Below are positions 1-6,861 of a stretch of 64,000 bases of DNA, piece after piece. Position 1 is the first letter of the stretch, and every line of letters begins with the position of its first letter. The stretch is from a virus. Under the pieces are notes generated by a model. The model was not told the DNA's origin, did no database searches, and was given only the letters and a program-made list of their open reading frames with translations. The position numbers and the translations under genes were made by a program. Where the stretch lies: positions 1 to 64,000 of the IMG/VR virus record IMGVR_UViG_3300040801_004428; one strand, written 5' to 3'.

Positions 1-90
1 AAGATTGAGAAGATTTACGGTCATTTGCGCAGGGAGGTTTAATTCCTCTGTGATGAATGTATCACATTGTGGTTTGTCTACTTCATACAT
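1..90 (-). CDS. hypothetical protein, first 30 codons only (gene runs off the window start)
   Basis: ATG at 90 (MYEVDKPQCDTF...), open to position 1. Leader GAAAAAAACAAACTAGGTACCACAAC is almost identical to the leader of the CDS starting at 23097. Confidence 0.4.
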   Translation of the reverse strand, partial: MYEVDKPQCDTFITEELNLPAQMTVNLLNL

Positions 91-100
91 GTTGTGGTAC

Positions 101-128
101 CTAGTTTGTTTTTTTCATGCCAACCAAT
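101..128 (-). promoter_or_regulatory. TGn-N6-TG-A7 upstream element (copy m)
   Basis: Minus strand reads TGG-TTGGCA-TG-AAAAAAA-CAAAC, then AGGTACC and the ATG at 90. It overlaps the last codons of the 101..718 CDS. Confidence 0.45.
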
Positions 129-718
129 ATAAGCGGCAATGAGGTGGCGTTCCCCTTGCCAGTTAGGGTCACAACTTGGTGTTGCATCAAATCGTTGAGG
201 GTGCGCCACTCTTGGTGAACAACTACTCCGTCTCCGTAAACAACGATGTAGGTTTCACCCTCCTTGGTGCGAGCCTTACAATCGTCCGTAATACCATGCG
301 CGGCTAACTCGTTGGAGTTTAGTCCTGCGACGAGGTAGCGATTCCCTTGTGGGTATATCTCAATGATGTGGTATTCCTCCGTGCGTGTTAGATCCTCCAG
401 TTGCTCTCCAGTCAAGTAGTACCAGTCTTTCTTAGGTTTAGCATTGGTGTAGTATTCTACCTTGTGGGGGTAGTACTCCGCTCTTGCGTATTTCCCATTA
501 TAGGATAGCTGAACACCTACGAAGCGATTCACACGGCTCCCATCCACATACAGTGTGTTGTGGTATGATTTTAGTTGATGCTTTTGCATGACTTCTATAG
601 GTCCAAAGTTATCATAGAATAGGTTTACAACATTGATTAAGTTATCCCCCCAGATGTAACCATAATGAAGGACTTCAGTGATGAAAGTCATATACTGCTC
701 TTTGGTTACCTTAAACAT
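101..718 (-). CDS. hypothetical protein, HQEW-motif paralogue family
   Basis: 205-aa ORF with GGAG about 8 nt before the ATG. Clearly similar by eye to the adjacent 733..1335 product (shared GETY.h.Y.DGV..HQEW ... LP..LVGMKKT). Confidence 0.75.
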   Translation of the reverse strand: MFKVTKEQYMTFITEVLHYGYIWGDNLINVVNLFYDNFGPIEVMQKHQLKSYHNTLYVDGSRVNRFVGVQLSYNGKYARAEYYPHKVEYYTNAKPKKDWYYLTGEQLEDLTRTEEYHIIEIYPQGNRYLVAGLNSNELAAHGITDDCKARTKEGETYIVVYGDGVVVHQEWRTLNDLMQHQVVTLTGKGNATSLPLILVGMKKTN

Positions 719-726
719 TTAGATTT

Positions 727-756
727 CTCCAACTAGGTTTTTTTCATGCCAACCAG
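727..756 (-). promoter_or_regulatory. TGn-N6-TG-A7 upstream element (copy k)
   Basis: Minus strand reads CTGG-TTGGCA-TG-AAAAAAA-CCTAG-TTGGAG...ATG(718). Confidence 0.5.
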
Positions 757-1335
757 TGTGAGTGGCAACGTGCATTTGAGTCCTTCACGGAAGGCCACAA
801 GCCGCCGGTTGTCTAAATCTTCTTGGGTGTACCACTCTTGGTGGATTGTAACCCCATCGTCGTAGATGATTGCGTAGGTTTCTCCTTCACACGTGTGGGC
901 TAAACTGCCTATGTTTGGTAGTATTTTATCGAGCTGCTCAGATACTAGGTAGCCCTTTTCGTATGGGATCTTTTGCATGGTGAAATAGCCCGGGCGTATT
1001 TGTAGCACCATTTCTAGTATGTCCTTATACTCAGGACCCACTTGATAGTAGGTGGAAACCACTGGCCGCTTGCTGATAAAGTATACCGGATCCCCGCATA
1101 GTTGGAACTCAATTTGTGCGCGGCTCCCATTGGCAGCAAATTGCGCGCCGATTATATCAAAATCGGGAGTTACAGCATAGAGGGTGCTTTCTTCGGGGTA
1201 TAAGTCCTCTTCGTTGATTATCACCCGGCTGTTGATATACTTCATTGCTTCGTGCAATGAGGAAATTTGATCATATCCTAGCTCCTCTCTAAGGAATGTA
1301 TTAAATTCATCCTGGTTAACTTGATGCATGTTCAT
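733..1335 (-). CDS. hypothetical protein, HQEW-motif paralogue family
   Basis: 200-aa ORF with GGAGG before the ATG. Paralogue of the 101..718 product. Confidence 0.75.
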   Translation of the reverse strand: MNMHQVNQDEFNTFLREELGYDQISSLHEAMKYINSRVIINEEDLYPEESTLYAVTPDFDIIGAQFAANGSRAQIEFQLCGDPVYFISKRPVVSTYYQVGPEYKDILEMVLQIRPGYFTMQKIPYEKGYLVSEQLDKILPNIGSLAHTCEGETYAIIYDDGVTIHQEWYTQEDLDNRRLVAFREGLKCTLPLTLVGMKKT

Positions 1336-1338
1336 AAT

Positions 1339-1367
1339 CCTCCGATTAGGTTTTTTTTCAAAAAAAG
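1339..1367 (-). promoter_or_regulatory. A-tract upstream element (copy l) inside a T8-C-A7 palindrome
   Basis: Minus strand reads TTTTTTTGAAAAAAAACCTAATCGGAGG...ATG(1335). It lies in the divergent intergenic region. Confidence 0.4.
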
Positions 1368-1393
1368 AAAAAAGTACTAATTGGGAAATTCAC

Positions 1394-1759
1394 ATGGATA
1401 TGGACTATTCCAAGCTCTCGGCCACCACACTAGTTGAGCTAATGGGTGCTTACCCAAAGCACGAACGTTTAGAGTTCATTAGTGGTATTTATGACCGCGA
1501 ATTGCTCGGCCGCGAGGCTGAACTTGCCGCCGCGCTTTGGGCTGAAACTAGTGTAAGCAGCCAATTGGCTGCGATTAGACCCTCTTATGCCCAATGGCAT
1601 GAGGTGGTCGATGAAATTGATTGGATGATTGTAAAGCCTCGATTCAATAGCAGCGATCATGCTGCAAGGTGCGCATACATGCTGGCTCTACTGCCTAGAA
1701 CACCTAGGCATCAACTGCTGCAATTAGCAGCAATTGACTACATCCGACAGGGGCTATAA
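1394..1759 (+). CDS. hypothetical protein
   Basis: The ORF-track start at 1328 overlaps the divergent gene start. The first ATG is at 1394 (MDMDYSKLSATT...), in frame with the tracked ORF. Confidence 0.6.
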   Translation: MDMDYSKLSATTLVELMGAYPKHERLEFISGIYDRELLGREAELAAALWAETSVSSQLAAIRPSYAQWHEVVDEIDWMIVKPRFNSSDHAARCAYMLALLPRTPRHQLLQLAAIDYIRQGL

Positions 1760-1769
1760 CGCCCTCCAC

Positions 1770-1797
1770 TGGTGTACAAGAAAAAACTCAAATGGAG
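1770..1797 (+). promoter_or_regulatory. TGn-N6-xG-A6 upstream element (copy q)
   Basis: TGG-TGTACA-AG-AAAAAA-CTCAAATGGAGAATGTTA-ATG(1805). The leader is nearly identical to that of the CDS starting at 4914. Confidence 0.5.
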
Positions 1798-1804
1798 AAT
1801 GTTA

Positions 1805-2161
1805 ATGAAATATTACTGCGTGTCAGATGAGATGAAATCGCATTTGGTGGATTATGATAACTACCAATATGTCTGGAAAGGATATATAGATAGAATAATC
1901 ATCAGTGAAGAAACAGCCCGTAGATTTGAAATCCCTGTAACCCCTGATGAGGAGGTCGTACAATACAATGACGGAACTGAGGTTATCGTATTCGACTTAA
2001 ACGAATATATGACCATTAGATTAGGCTTCTATTGTCCTGCTTTACACAAGGACTATGAAGACTTGGTGCTAATCAAGCGAGAGCCGAACGGCCAGTCGGT
2101 TGAGTTATACACAATCGAGCAAAGGCATTTGCCTTTAATTAGCCTAAATTTGCTTAGCTAA
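1805..2161 (+). CDS. hypothetical protein
   Basis: In-frame ATG at 1805 (MKYYCVSDEMK...) preceded by GGAG. The upstream part of the tracked ORF is the leader element. Confidence 0.65.
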   Translation: MKYYCVSDEMKSHLVDYDNYQYVWKGYIDRIIISEETARRFEIPVTPDEEVVQYNDGTEVIVFDLNEYMTIRLGFYCPALHKDYEDLVLIKREPNGQSVELYTIEQRHLPLISLNLLS

Positions 2162-2250
2162 AAGCAAAATAGCTAAGAGCTAGTAAGTAAATAACGAGAG
2201 GGTAGGTGTTATGAGCACTTACCCTCTTACCACTTTGTTATACGTGAAAA
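2161..2250 (+). repeat. inverted-repeat arm L (gene-end block + stem-loop + partial TATACGTGAAAA motif)
   Basis: AAAGCAAAATAGCTAAGAGCTA ... AGAGGGTAGGTGTTATGAGCACTTACCCTCT ... TATACGTGAAAA. Its reverse complement recurs at 3374..3465. Confidence 0.85.
2197..2227. terminator. 12-bp stem-loop between convergent genes (possible bidirectional terminator)
   Basis: AGAGGGTAGGTG / CACTTACCCTCT with one G-T pair and a 7-nt loop. The flanking U-tracts are only moderate. Confidence 0.45.
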
Positions 2251-3005
2251 CTTTCTCGTACAACATTGAGTTGGTGTCTCTCTCCAGTGACCAGGTCCAA
2301 TGTGGTTAAACCCACCCCATCGGGCATAAACACCGATTGATACATGCACGTGGCTATTTTCGCCAACGTGACGTTCTCCACAGATTGTAGGGGCGGAAAC
2401 GCGTACCAATCCTCCTCCGGTGTCGTGAGCACCAACGTTTGTTCTTGACTAAACGCCCAATTAAAGGCGTTGATGAACCCTGGCGACCCGTTCTTGATAA
2501 CGGCGTCTTTTATTGAGCAGTATTGCTCGTAAGTGACAATGGGGTCTTTTCTCCGATTTGTTACCATTGTAAACCATTCACTTTTGGTTTCTTTATAAGC
2601 GTGGATTCCCCACAAGTGGTGTATGGGTTGTACCTCTGCTAGCCTCAACCCGTAGCACCATGCGATGGTATCTACCCATTCCTCCTGAGTTAAAGGTTTG
2701 AGGATTCTAGGCAATCCTGCAGCTTTGTAAGCGATCTTTAAATGATCAGCATCCCACGATGATACGTCTTCATTGGGGCTAATCCACGCTTTCCAGAGGT
2801 AGTCTTGGCGTAGTTTGGGCTCTGATCTGCAATATTCGCATGCAATGGCCTTGAGGTATTCTAATGGGCTGTATGTGTTTGCAAGCATAAGCCTCCAGTA
2901 TTGATTGTTCTGCTGCATTGCGAGTAGGTCATGTACTGGCATTTGCTGTAGATGCTCTAGTGCCTCTTCGTAGCTCATCTTAGATAGGGTGTCTCTCAAA
3001 CTCAT
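2238..3005 (-). CDS. hypothetical protein
   Basis: 255-aa ORF. Its ATG lies immediately after the stop of the 3007..3348 CDS. Confidence 0.75.
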   Translation of the reverse strand: MSLRDTLSKMSYEEALEHLQQMPVHDLLAMQQNNQYWRLMLANTYSPLEYLKAIACEYCRSEPKLRQDYLWKAWISPNEDVSSWDADHLKIAYKAAGLPRILKPLTQEEWVDTIAWCYGLRLAEVQPIHHLWGIHAYKETKSEWFTMVTNRRKDPIVTYEQYCSIKDAVIKNGSPGFINAFNWAFSQEQTLVLTTPEEDWYAFPPLQSVENVTLAKIATCMYQSVFMPDGVGLTTLDLVTGERHQLNVVRESFHV

Positions 3006-3006
3006 T

Positions 3007-3348
3007 TTAGACTTCCTCCATGAAGAATTTTGTAACTGATGGTCCTGTTACTGTAACAGGCCCGCCGGTGAGTTCCAATACCACGCCTGTTTCCTCATTA
3101 TACTTTGTAATCCAGTTTTGGTGGTAGTAGCTACCAAATTCATCCTCTACTAGATAAGAGGTACCAGGAGAAGCTGGGCTTACTTTGCAAGATTCTAGTT
3201 GAACCCAGTCAATCGCCTCAGGATGTTGGTCAATGAGCGTTTCTGGAACCAGCATTATGCTAGTTGTATCTTCAGGTGTGTAGATCTTAAACCGGTTATG
3301 GTAATTGGCGTATTCGCCTTCCTTTAATACTACTAAATAGTAGTCCAC
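3007..3348 (-). CDS. hypothetical protein (distant HQEW-family-like segment SYLVEDEFGSYYHQNW)
   Basis: 113-aa ORF with a GTG start at 3348, preceded by AAGGAG. Confidence 0.7.
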   Translation of the reverse strand: MDYYLVVLKEGEYANYHNRFKIYTPEDTTSIMLVPETLIDQHPEAIDWVQLESCKVSPASPGTSYLVEDEFGSYYHQNWITKYNEETGVVLELTGGPVTVTGPSVTKFFMEEV

Positions 3349-3360
3349 TTCGATTGTCTC

Positions 3361-3392
3361 CTTAATTAGGTTTTTTTCACGTACAGCAATGC
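3361..3392 (-). promoter_or_regulatory. TGn-N6-TG-A7-CCTAA upstream element (copy a, archetype)
   Basis: Minus strand reads GCATTGC-TGTACG-TG-AAAAAAA-CCTAATTAAGGAG...GTG(3348). Confidence 0.55.
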
Positions 3393-3465
3393 GGCAAGAG
3401 GGTAAGTGCTCATAACACCTACCCTCTGCCTAGTCTATATTCTTAGCTCTTAGCTATTTTGCTTT
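3374..3465 (-). repeat. inverted-repeat arm R
   Basis: Reverse complement of the blocks at 2161..2250: the same 22-nt gene-end block (3444..3465), the same stem-loop (3397..3427) and the TACGTGAAAA motif. Confidence 0.85.
3397..3427 (-). terminator. stem-loop downstream of the 3450..3920 CDS
   Basis: Same 12-bp stem as 2197..2227. There is no clear U-tract, so terminator function is uncertain. Confidence 0.35.
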
Positions 3466-3920
3466 TTTATCACAAAGGAAGGATTCCACTCAGGATTCCA
3501 TCCATCTTGTACTTCCAGTTCTAATAGCTCTTCTTGAAGCCTCCTTGGAAGCTTAAAGAAATCCCCATTAACCCCGAGGTCAACCAACCTGCGAGTTTCT
3601 TCCCCAAATCTGTGTTTTACCTCCACCTCGTCGGTGGGCCCTAGTTGGTCTGTATCTTCAGGGTGGAGTAACTCATCATTGGGAAGAAATACAGACAGTT
3701 CTACAACTCCCTCTATGAGGGAAATTGTTATTGAAACAGTACTAGAGTACTTCAATCCTCTTATTAAGTTCTCTAAAACGTTTTCATACTCCCGGTCTGT
3801 ATGTTCCTCAAAGCAGATGGTTATATCAACACCTTCTTGCTCAACCTCGACCGATACTCCGGGCTTCAGAACCTCCGCTAGGAAGTCTCGCACAGGTCCA
3901 CAATACCTACATTTTAGCAT
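3450..3920 (-). CDS. hypothetical protein
   Basis: 156-aa ORF with AGAGG before the ATG. The last codons (..VIKKQNS) fall in the repeated block. Confidence 0.7.
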   Translation of the reverse strand: MLKCRYCGPVRDFLAEVLKPGVSVEVEQEGVDITICFEEHTDREYENVLENLIRGLKYSSTVSITISLIEGVVELSVFLPNDELLHPEDTDQLGPTDEVEVKHRFGEETRRLVDLGVNGDFFKLPRRLQEELLELEVQDGWNPEWNPSFVIKKQNS

Positions 3921-3925
3921 AATTA

Positions 3926-3963
3926 CCTCTAAGTTTTTTTTTTTCTTTCACACACGCCATTGC
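3926..3963 (-). promoter_or_regulatory. TGn-N6-TG-A-tract upstream element (copy g)
   Basis: Minus strand reads GCAATGG-CGTGTG-TG-AAAGAAAAAAAAAAA-CTTAGAGG...ATG(3920). Confidence 0.45.
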
Positions 3964-4471
3964 GGTTCAGTATTATCAACAACGTATCCGGGTCCAACAA
4001 TGCCTGTGGATTTTCCTCCATATAGCAAGCAACTATTAGGCGGTTTATATACTCCCTGGGTTGTTTCAACCCTTGCGGGGTGATAAAATCCGCCCAGTTG
4101 ATATACTTAGCTTCTACTCGCGCCATGTTGGCAGGAAGCGTATTGGTTATTAAATCCTCCTTGATGTATAAACTACGCGGAAATATACGATCAACGTATA
4201 AGTCCGCCCCGGGTTCGTAGTCCTGCATTGCCAGGTCCACCTTCTTCCCGGTGGTGTTAGTTGGTTGATGCCAGTCTGTGGCGTTTAGGTTCAAGTAAAC
4301 CAAAACACTTCTAGACGTGGGCACTTTGTATAGTACAATCCACCGGTTCTCAACCTTCGTGGCGTACAGGTAGTGATTTGGGCCATACCAATGTTTGTGG
4401 CCCGATTTGCCGATTTCTTCGGCTATCGCATTATACTCTCTTTTGAGGAAAAGATCGATGTAGTTACTCAT
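3929..4471 (-). CDS. hypothetical protein
   Basis: 180-aa ORF. The C-terminal ..CERKKKT is encoded by the downstream A-tract element. Confidence 0.7.
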   Translation of the reverse strand: MSNYIDLFLKREYNAIAEEIGKSGHKHWYGPNHYLYATKVENRWIVLYKVPTSRSVLVYLNLNATDWHQPTNTTGKKVDLAMQDYEPGADLYVDRIFPRSLYIKEDLITNTLPANMARVEAKYINWADFITPQGLKQPREYINRLIVACYMEENPQALLDPDTLLIILNRNGVCERKKKT

Positions 4472-4476
4472 TGCGT

Positions 4477-4914
4477 TTAATTACTCTTACTCTTCTTGTG
4501 GAATAGGTAAATCAGTGTGATTAACTCGCGCGCTTCTTTCTCACTAACGAATTCTATGTCTGCTATGGGACGATACGCTGTGGCTCTAATATAAGGCCAG
4601 ATTTCTTTAACCAAGGCTGGAACTTGCTTGATTGTTCTAAATATGTCCAGTAAGCCATCCGCCGAGGGATAGTTTGCGATTTCTGCAATCCTCGATGGGA
4701 GTTCGTTCTCATCCCATTTGTTGTTCAACAGCGCAGTGCGCGCTTCATCATATTTTCCTGCCTTGAAGAGAAGCAATATATACTCCTCAATCAATTCAGC
4801 CTCTCGGTAGTGTTCTTCTAATTCGGAAAGAGGCACGTCCGCCTTTACTAGCAACTCTAGCAGCTCTACTGCTTCTTCCGAGTCAAGTTGATCTAGCTTC
4901 AGTTCAATCTTCAT
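4477..4914 (-). CDS. hypothetical helical protein
   Basis: Start moved to the ATG at 4914 (MKIELKLDQLD...), preceded by GGAG. The upstream part of the tracked ORF covers the leader and promoter region. Confidence 0.65.
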   Translation of the reverse strand: MKIELKLDQLDSEEAVELLELLVKADVPLSELEEHYREAELIEEYILLLFKAGKYDEARTALLNNKWDENELPSRIAEIANYPSADGLLDIFRTIKQVPALVKEIWPYIRATAYRPIADIEFVSEKEARELITLIYLFHKKSKSN

Positions 4915-4920
4915 TAACAT

Positions 4921-4946
4921 TCTCCATTGAGTTTTTTTCTTTGTGG
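4921..4946 (-). promoter_or_regulatory. A7 leader element (copy r)
   Basis: Minus strand reads CCACAAAGAAAAAAACTCAATGGAGAATGTTA-ATG(4914), a near copy of 1770..1804. Confidence 0.45.
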
Positions 4947-4975
4947 TAATAATACCCATAGAGTTAGAAAAACCG
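4927..4975 (+). promoter_or_regulatory. sigma-70-type promoter with shared leader
   Basis: TTGAGT ... TGTGGTAATAAT followed by ACCCATAGAGTTAGAAAAACCG-ATG. The leader is the same as at 15754..15777. Confidence 0.55.
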
Positions 4976-5983
4976 ATGAACGTTAACGCTACATCTGTAG
5001 AAATACATGGGAGTTTAATCTTCCCCTCGAATGGGTTCCTCCAGTCGCTTACCGCCGCGGCGGGATTAACCAGCACGCATAGTATCTATCTCCCCACTTC
5101 TCTGCCCGGTACTAAGCAAATGGTCACGTTGGACCAACTTGGCCAACTTGCAACCGAAGCTATACCCACAAGCGGTGCTTCGGGCACGGTGGAGTCTGTC
5201 AACATCTCTGCACCAGCAATGTTTGACGTCACCGGGGGTCCAATTACAACTACTGGTACAATAGACCTAGCGCTGGTTTCACAAGCAACGAAGACATTTT
5301 TCGCCGCGCCTGATAACGCCTCGGGTGTACCCACCTTTAGGCAGATCACCCAAGCGGATTTATCCCACCTTCCGTTAGACTTCCACGCGCAAAATACCGA
5401 CACACATACAAACGCCCTAGCATTTACCATCGCAGATGGAACACCCACTCAAACGGTTAAGTTCCAAACCGGCGCGTCTAACACTCTAACCTTAGAAGAC
5501 GGATCGGGCGCGCGGGCTAATCTAGCCGTGGCGAATTTAGACATCTCCGGTGAAGTCACCGGAACAATATTTGAAGTCTCAGTAGAGGAAATCAAACTTG
5601 ACGACAACACAATTGAACTCAATTCTAACTACACGGGTTCGACACCTACAGAAAACGCGGGCATTGAGGTCCAACGCGGAACGCTTAGCAATGCACAATT
5701 TCTATGGAATGAAACAGACGACCGCTGGGAAATCGGCACAGTCGCGGCAAGACACTACATCGGCCGAGTCGCAGAATTCGCCGTCATTAACGCAGACCTC
5801 ACCGCAGGCATTTTGGACCTCGTACACGGTTTCAACGACGCGAGAGTCTCAATCCAAGCGTATGACTCTGCCGACAAACCCTATCACATTGGTTTTTCAA
5901 TTATTGACGCGAATACTGTGCGGGCGGACTTCTCCGACCTCGCACCGTTAACTGGTACATGGCACGTAAAAATTAGGGAGTAA
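4976..5983 (+). CDS. tail-fibre-like protein
   Basis: ATG at 4976. Ser/Thr/Gly-rich beta-type sequence (..VTGGPITTTGTIDLALVSQATKTFFAAPDNASGVPTFRQIT..). Adjacent to a second fibre-like gene and to baseplate genes. Confidence 0.55.
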   Translation: MNVNATSVEIHGSLIFPSNGFLQSLTAAAGLTSTHSIYLPTSLPGTKQMVTLDQLGQLATEAIPTSGASGTVESVNISAPAMFDVTGGPITTTGTIDLALVSQATKTFFAAPDNASGVPTFRQITQADLSHLPLDFHAQNTDTHTNALAFTIADGTPTQTVKFQTGASNTLTLEDGSGARANLAVANLDISGEVTGTIFEVSVEEIKLDDNTIELNSNYTGSTPTENAGIEVQRGTLSNAQFLWNETDDRWEIGTVAARHYIGRVAEFAVINADLTAGILDLVHGFNDARVSIQAYDSADKPYHIGFSIIDANTVRADFSDLAPLTGTWHVKIRE

Positions 5984-5988
5984 CCCAA

Positions 5989-6861
5989 ATGACTGTAAAC
6001 ACAACAAGCTTATTGATCGACGGCACGTTGAAGATTGTCACCGACGGAGGAGGGGTAGTTACATTTGAAGTACCTACCGCTACTGTTGGTAATGATTACG
6101 GTATTCAATTTTTCTATCCGGATTTCACAAAAGCTGGTAATGTGGTCCAATCCACCGCGGATGGGTTTGCGCTAACTGATCAGCCCGTAATTGCGTTGAG
6201 TGATGATGCGGCGGAAAAAACGATCAATGGGCCGATTAACATCCATGCTAATGAACTAGTAAATCCGGAGACCTACATTGCTCAATTCTCCCATGGGGAG
6301 AGCCAAAACCCAGTCGATGCTACAGATGATAAGCTGCACATTAAAGCAGACGGTATCGGTTTTAGAATCGATTACACAAATTCACTCAAACTTTCTGGCT
6401 ACGGCGCGGCTGGCAAACCAACCTGGGCACCAGATGGCAGCGAGTTTGTAACCGACTCGGTGTTTCCCCTCTCAATTGCTAACGGCGGGACTGGCGAAAC
6501 AACTAAGGCAGAAACCCAAAAGGCGCTAAACATATCTTATGTTAAAACTGCCAATGTTTCCTCAAACACCGCTTTGGTTGCCGACGACTCTGGCACAACC
6601 TACAGAGCGGGTACCGCATCTAACAACGTGTTTTTTACCCTCCCCCTATTTTCCACCGTCGATGATGGCTTCACCGCAACGTTTGTAAAAGGCGCCGTTG
6701 CCAATCTAATGATTGTGCGCGCAAATCCATCAGATTCAGGCATCTTTATCGATGGACAAACATCCCATTCCTTCAGCCAAATCTACGACGCCATTACAGT
6801 TGTAAAACTCGGCGGCCGGTGGTTTATTACCAGCCGCGTTGATGGAACCTTATTTGATTAG
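5989..6861 (+). CDS. tail-fibre-like protein
   Basis: GGGAG before the ATG. Carries the ..SIANGGTGETTKAETQKALNI.. motif common in phage fibre proteins. Confidence 0.55.
   Translation: MTVNTTSLLIDGTLKIVTDGGGVVTFEVPTATVGNDYGIQFFYPDFTKAGNVVQSTADGFALTDQPVIALSDDAAEKTINGPINIHANELVNPETYIAQFSHGESQNPVDATDDKLHIKADGIGFRIDYTNSLKLSGYGAAGKPTWAPDGSEFVTDSVFPLSIANGGTGETTKAETQKALNISYVKTANVSSNTALVADDSGTTYRAGTASNNVFFTLPLFSTVDDGFTATFVKGAVANLMIVRANPSDSGIFIDGQTSHSFSQIYDAITVVKLGGRWFITSRVDGTLFD

Noticed and set aside
3634-4083. 149-aa plus-strand ORF
   Set aside because: It is entirely antisense to two supported minus-strand CDSs (3450..3920 and 3929..4471) and crosses their intergenic A-tract element. The product is Ser/Thr/Pro-rich and low-complexity.
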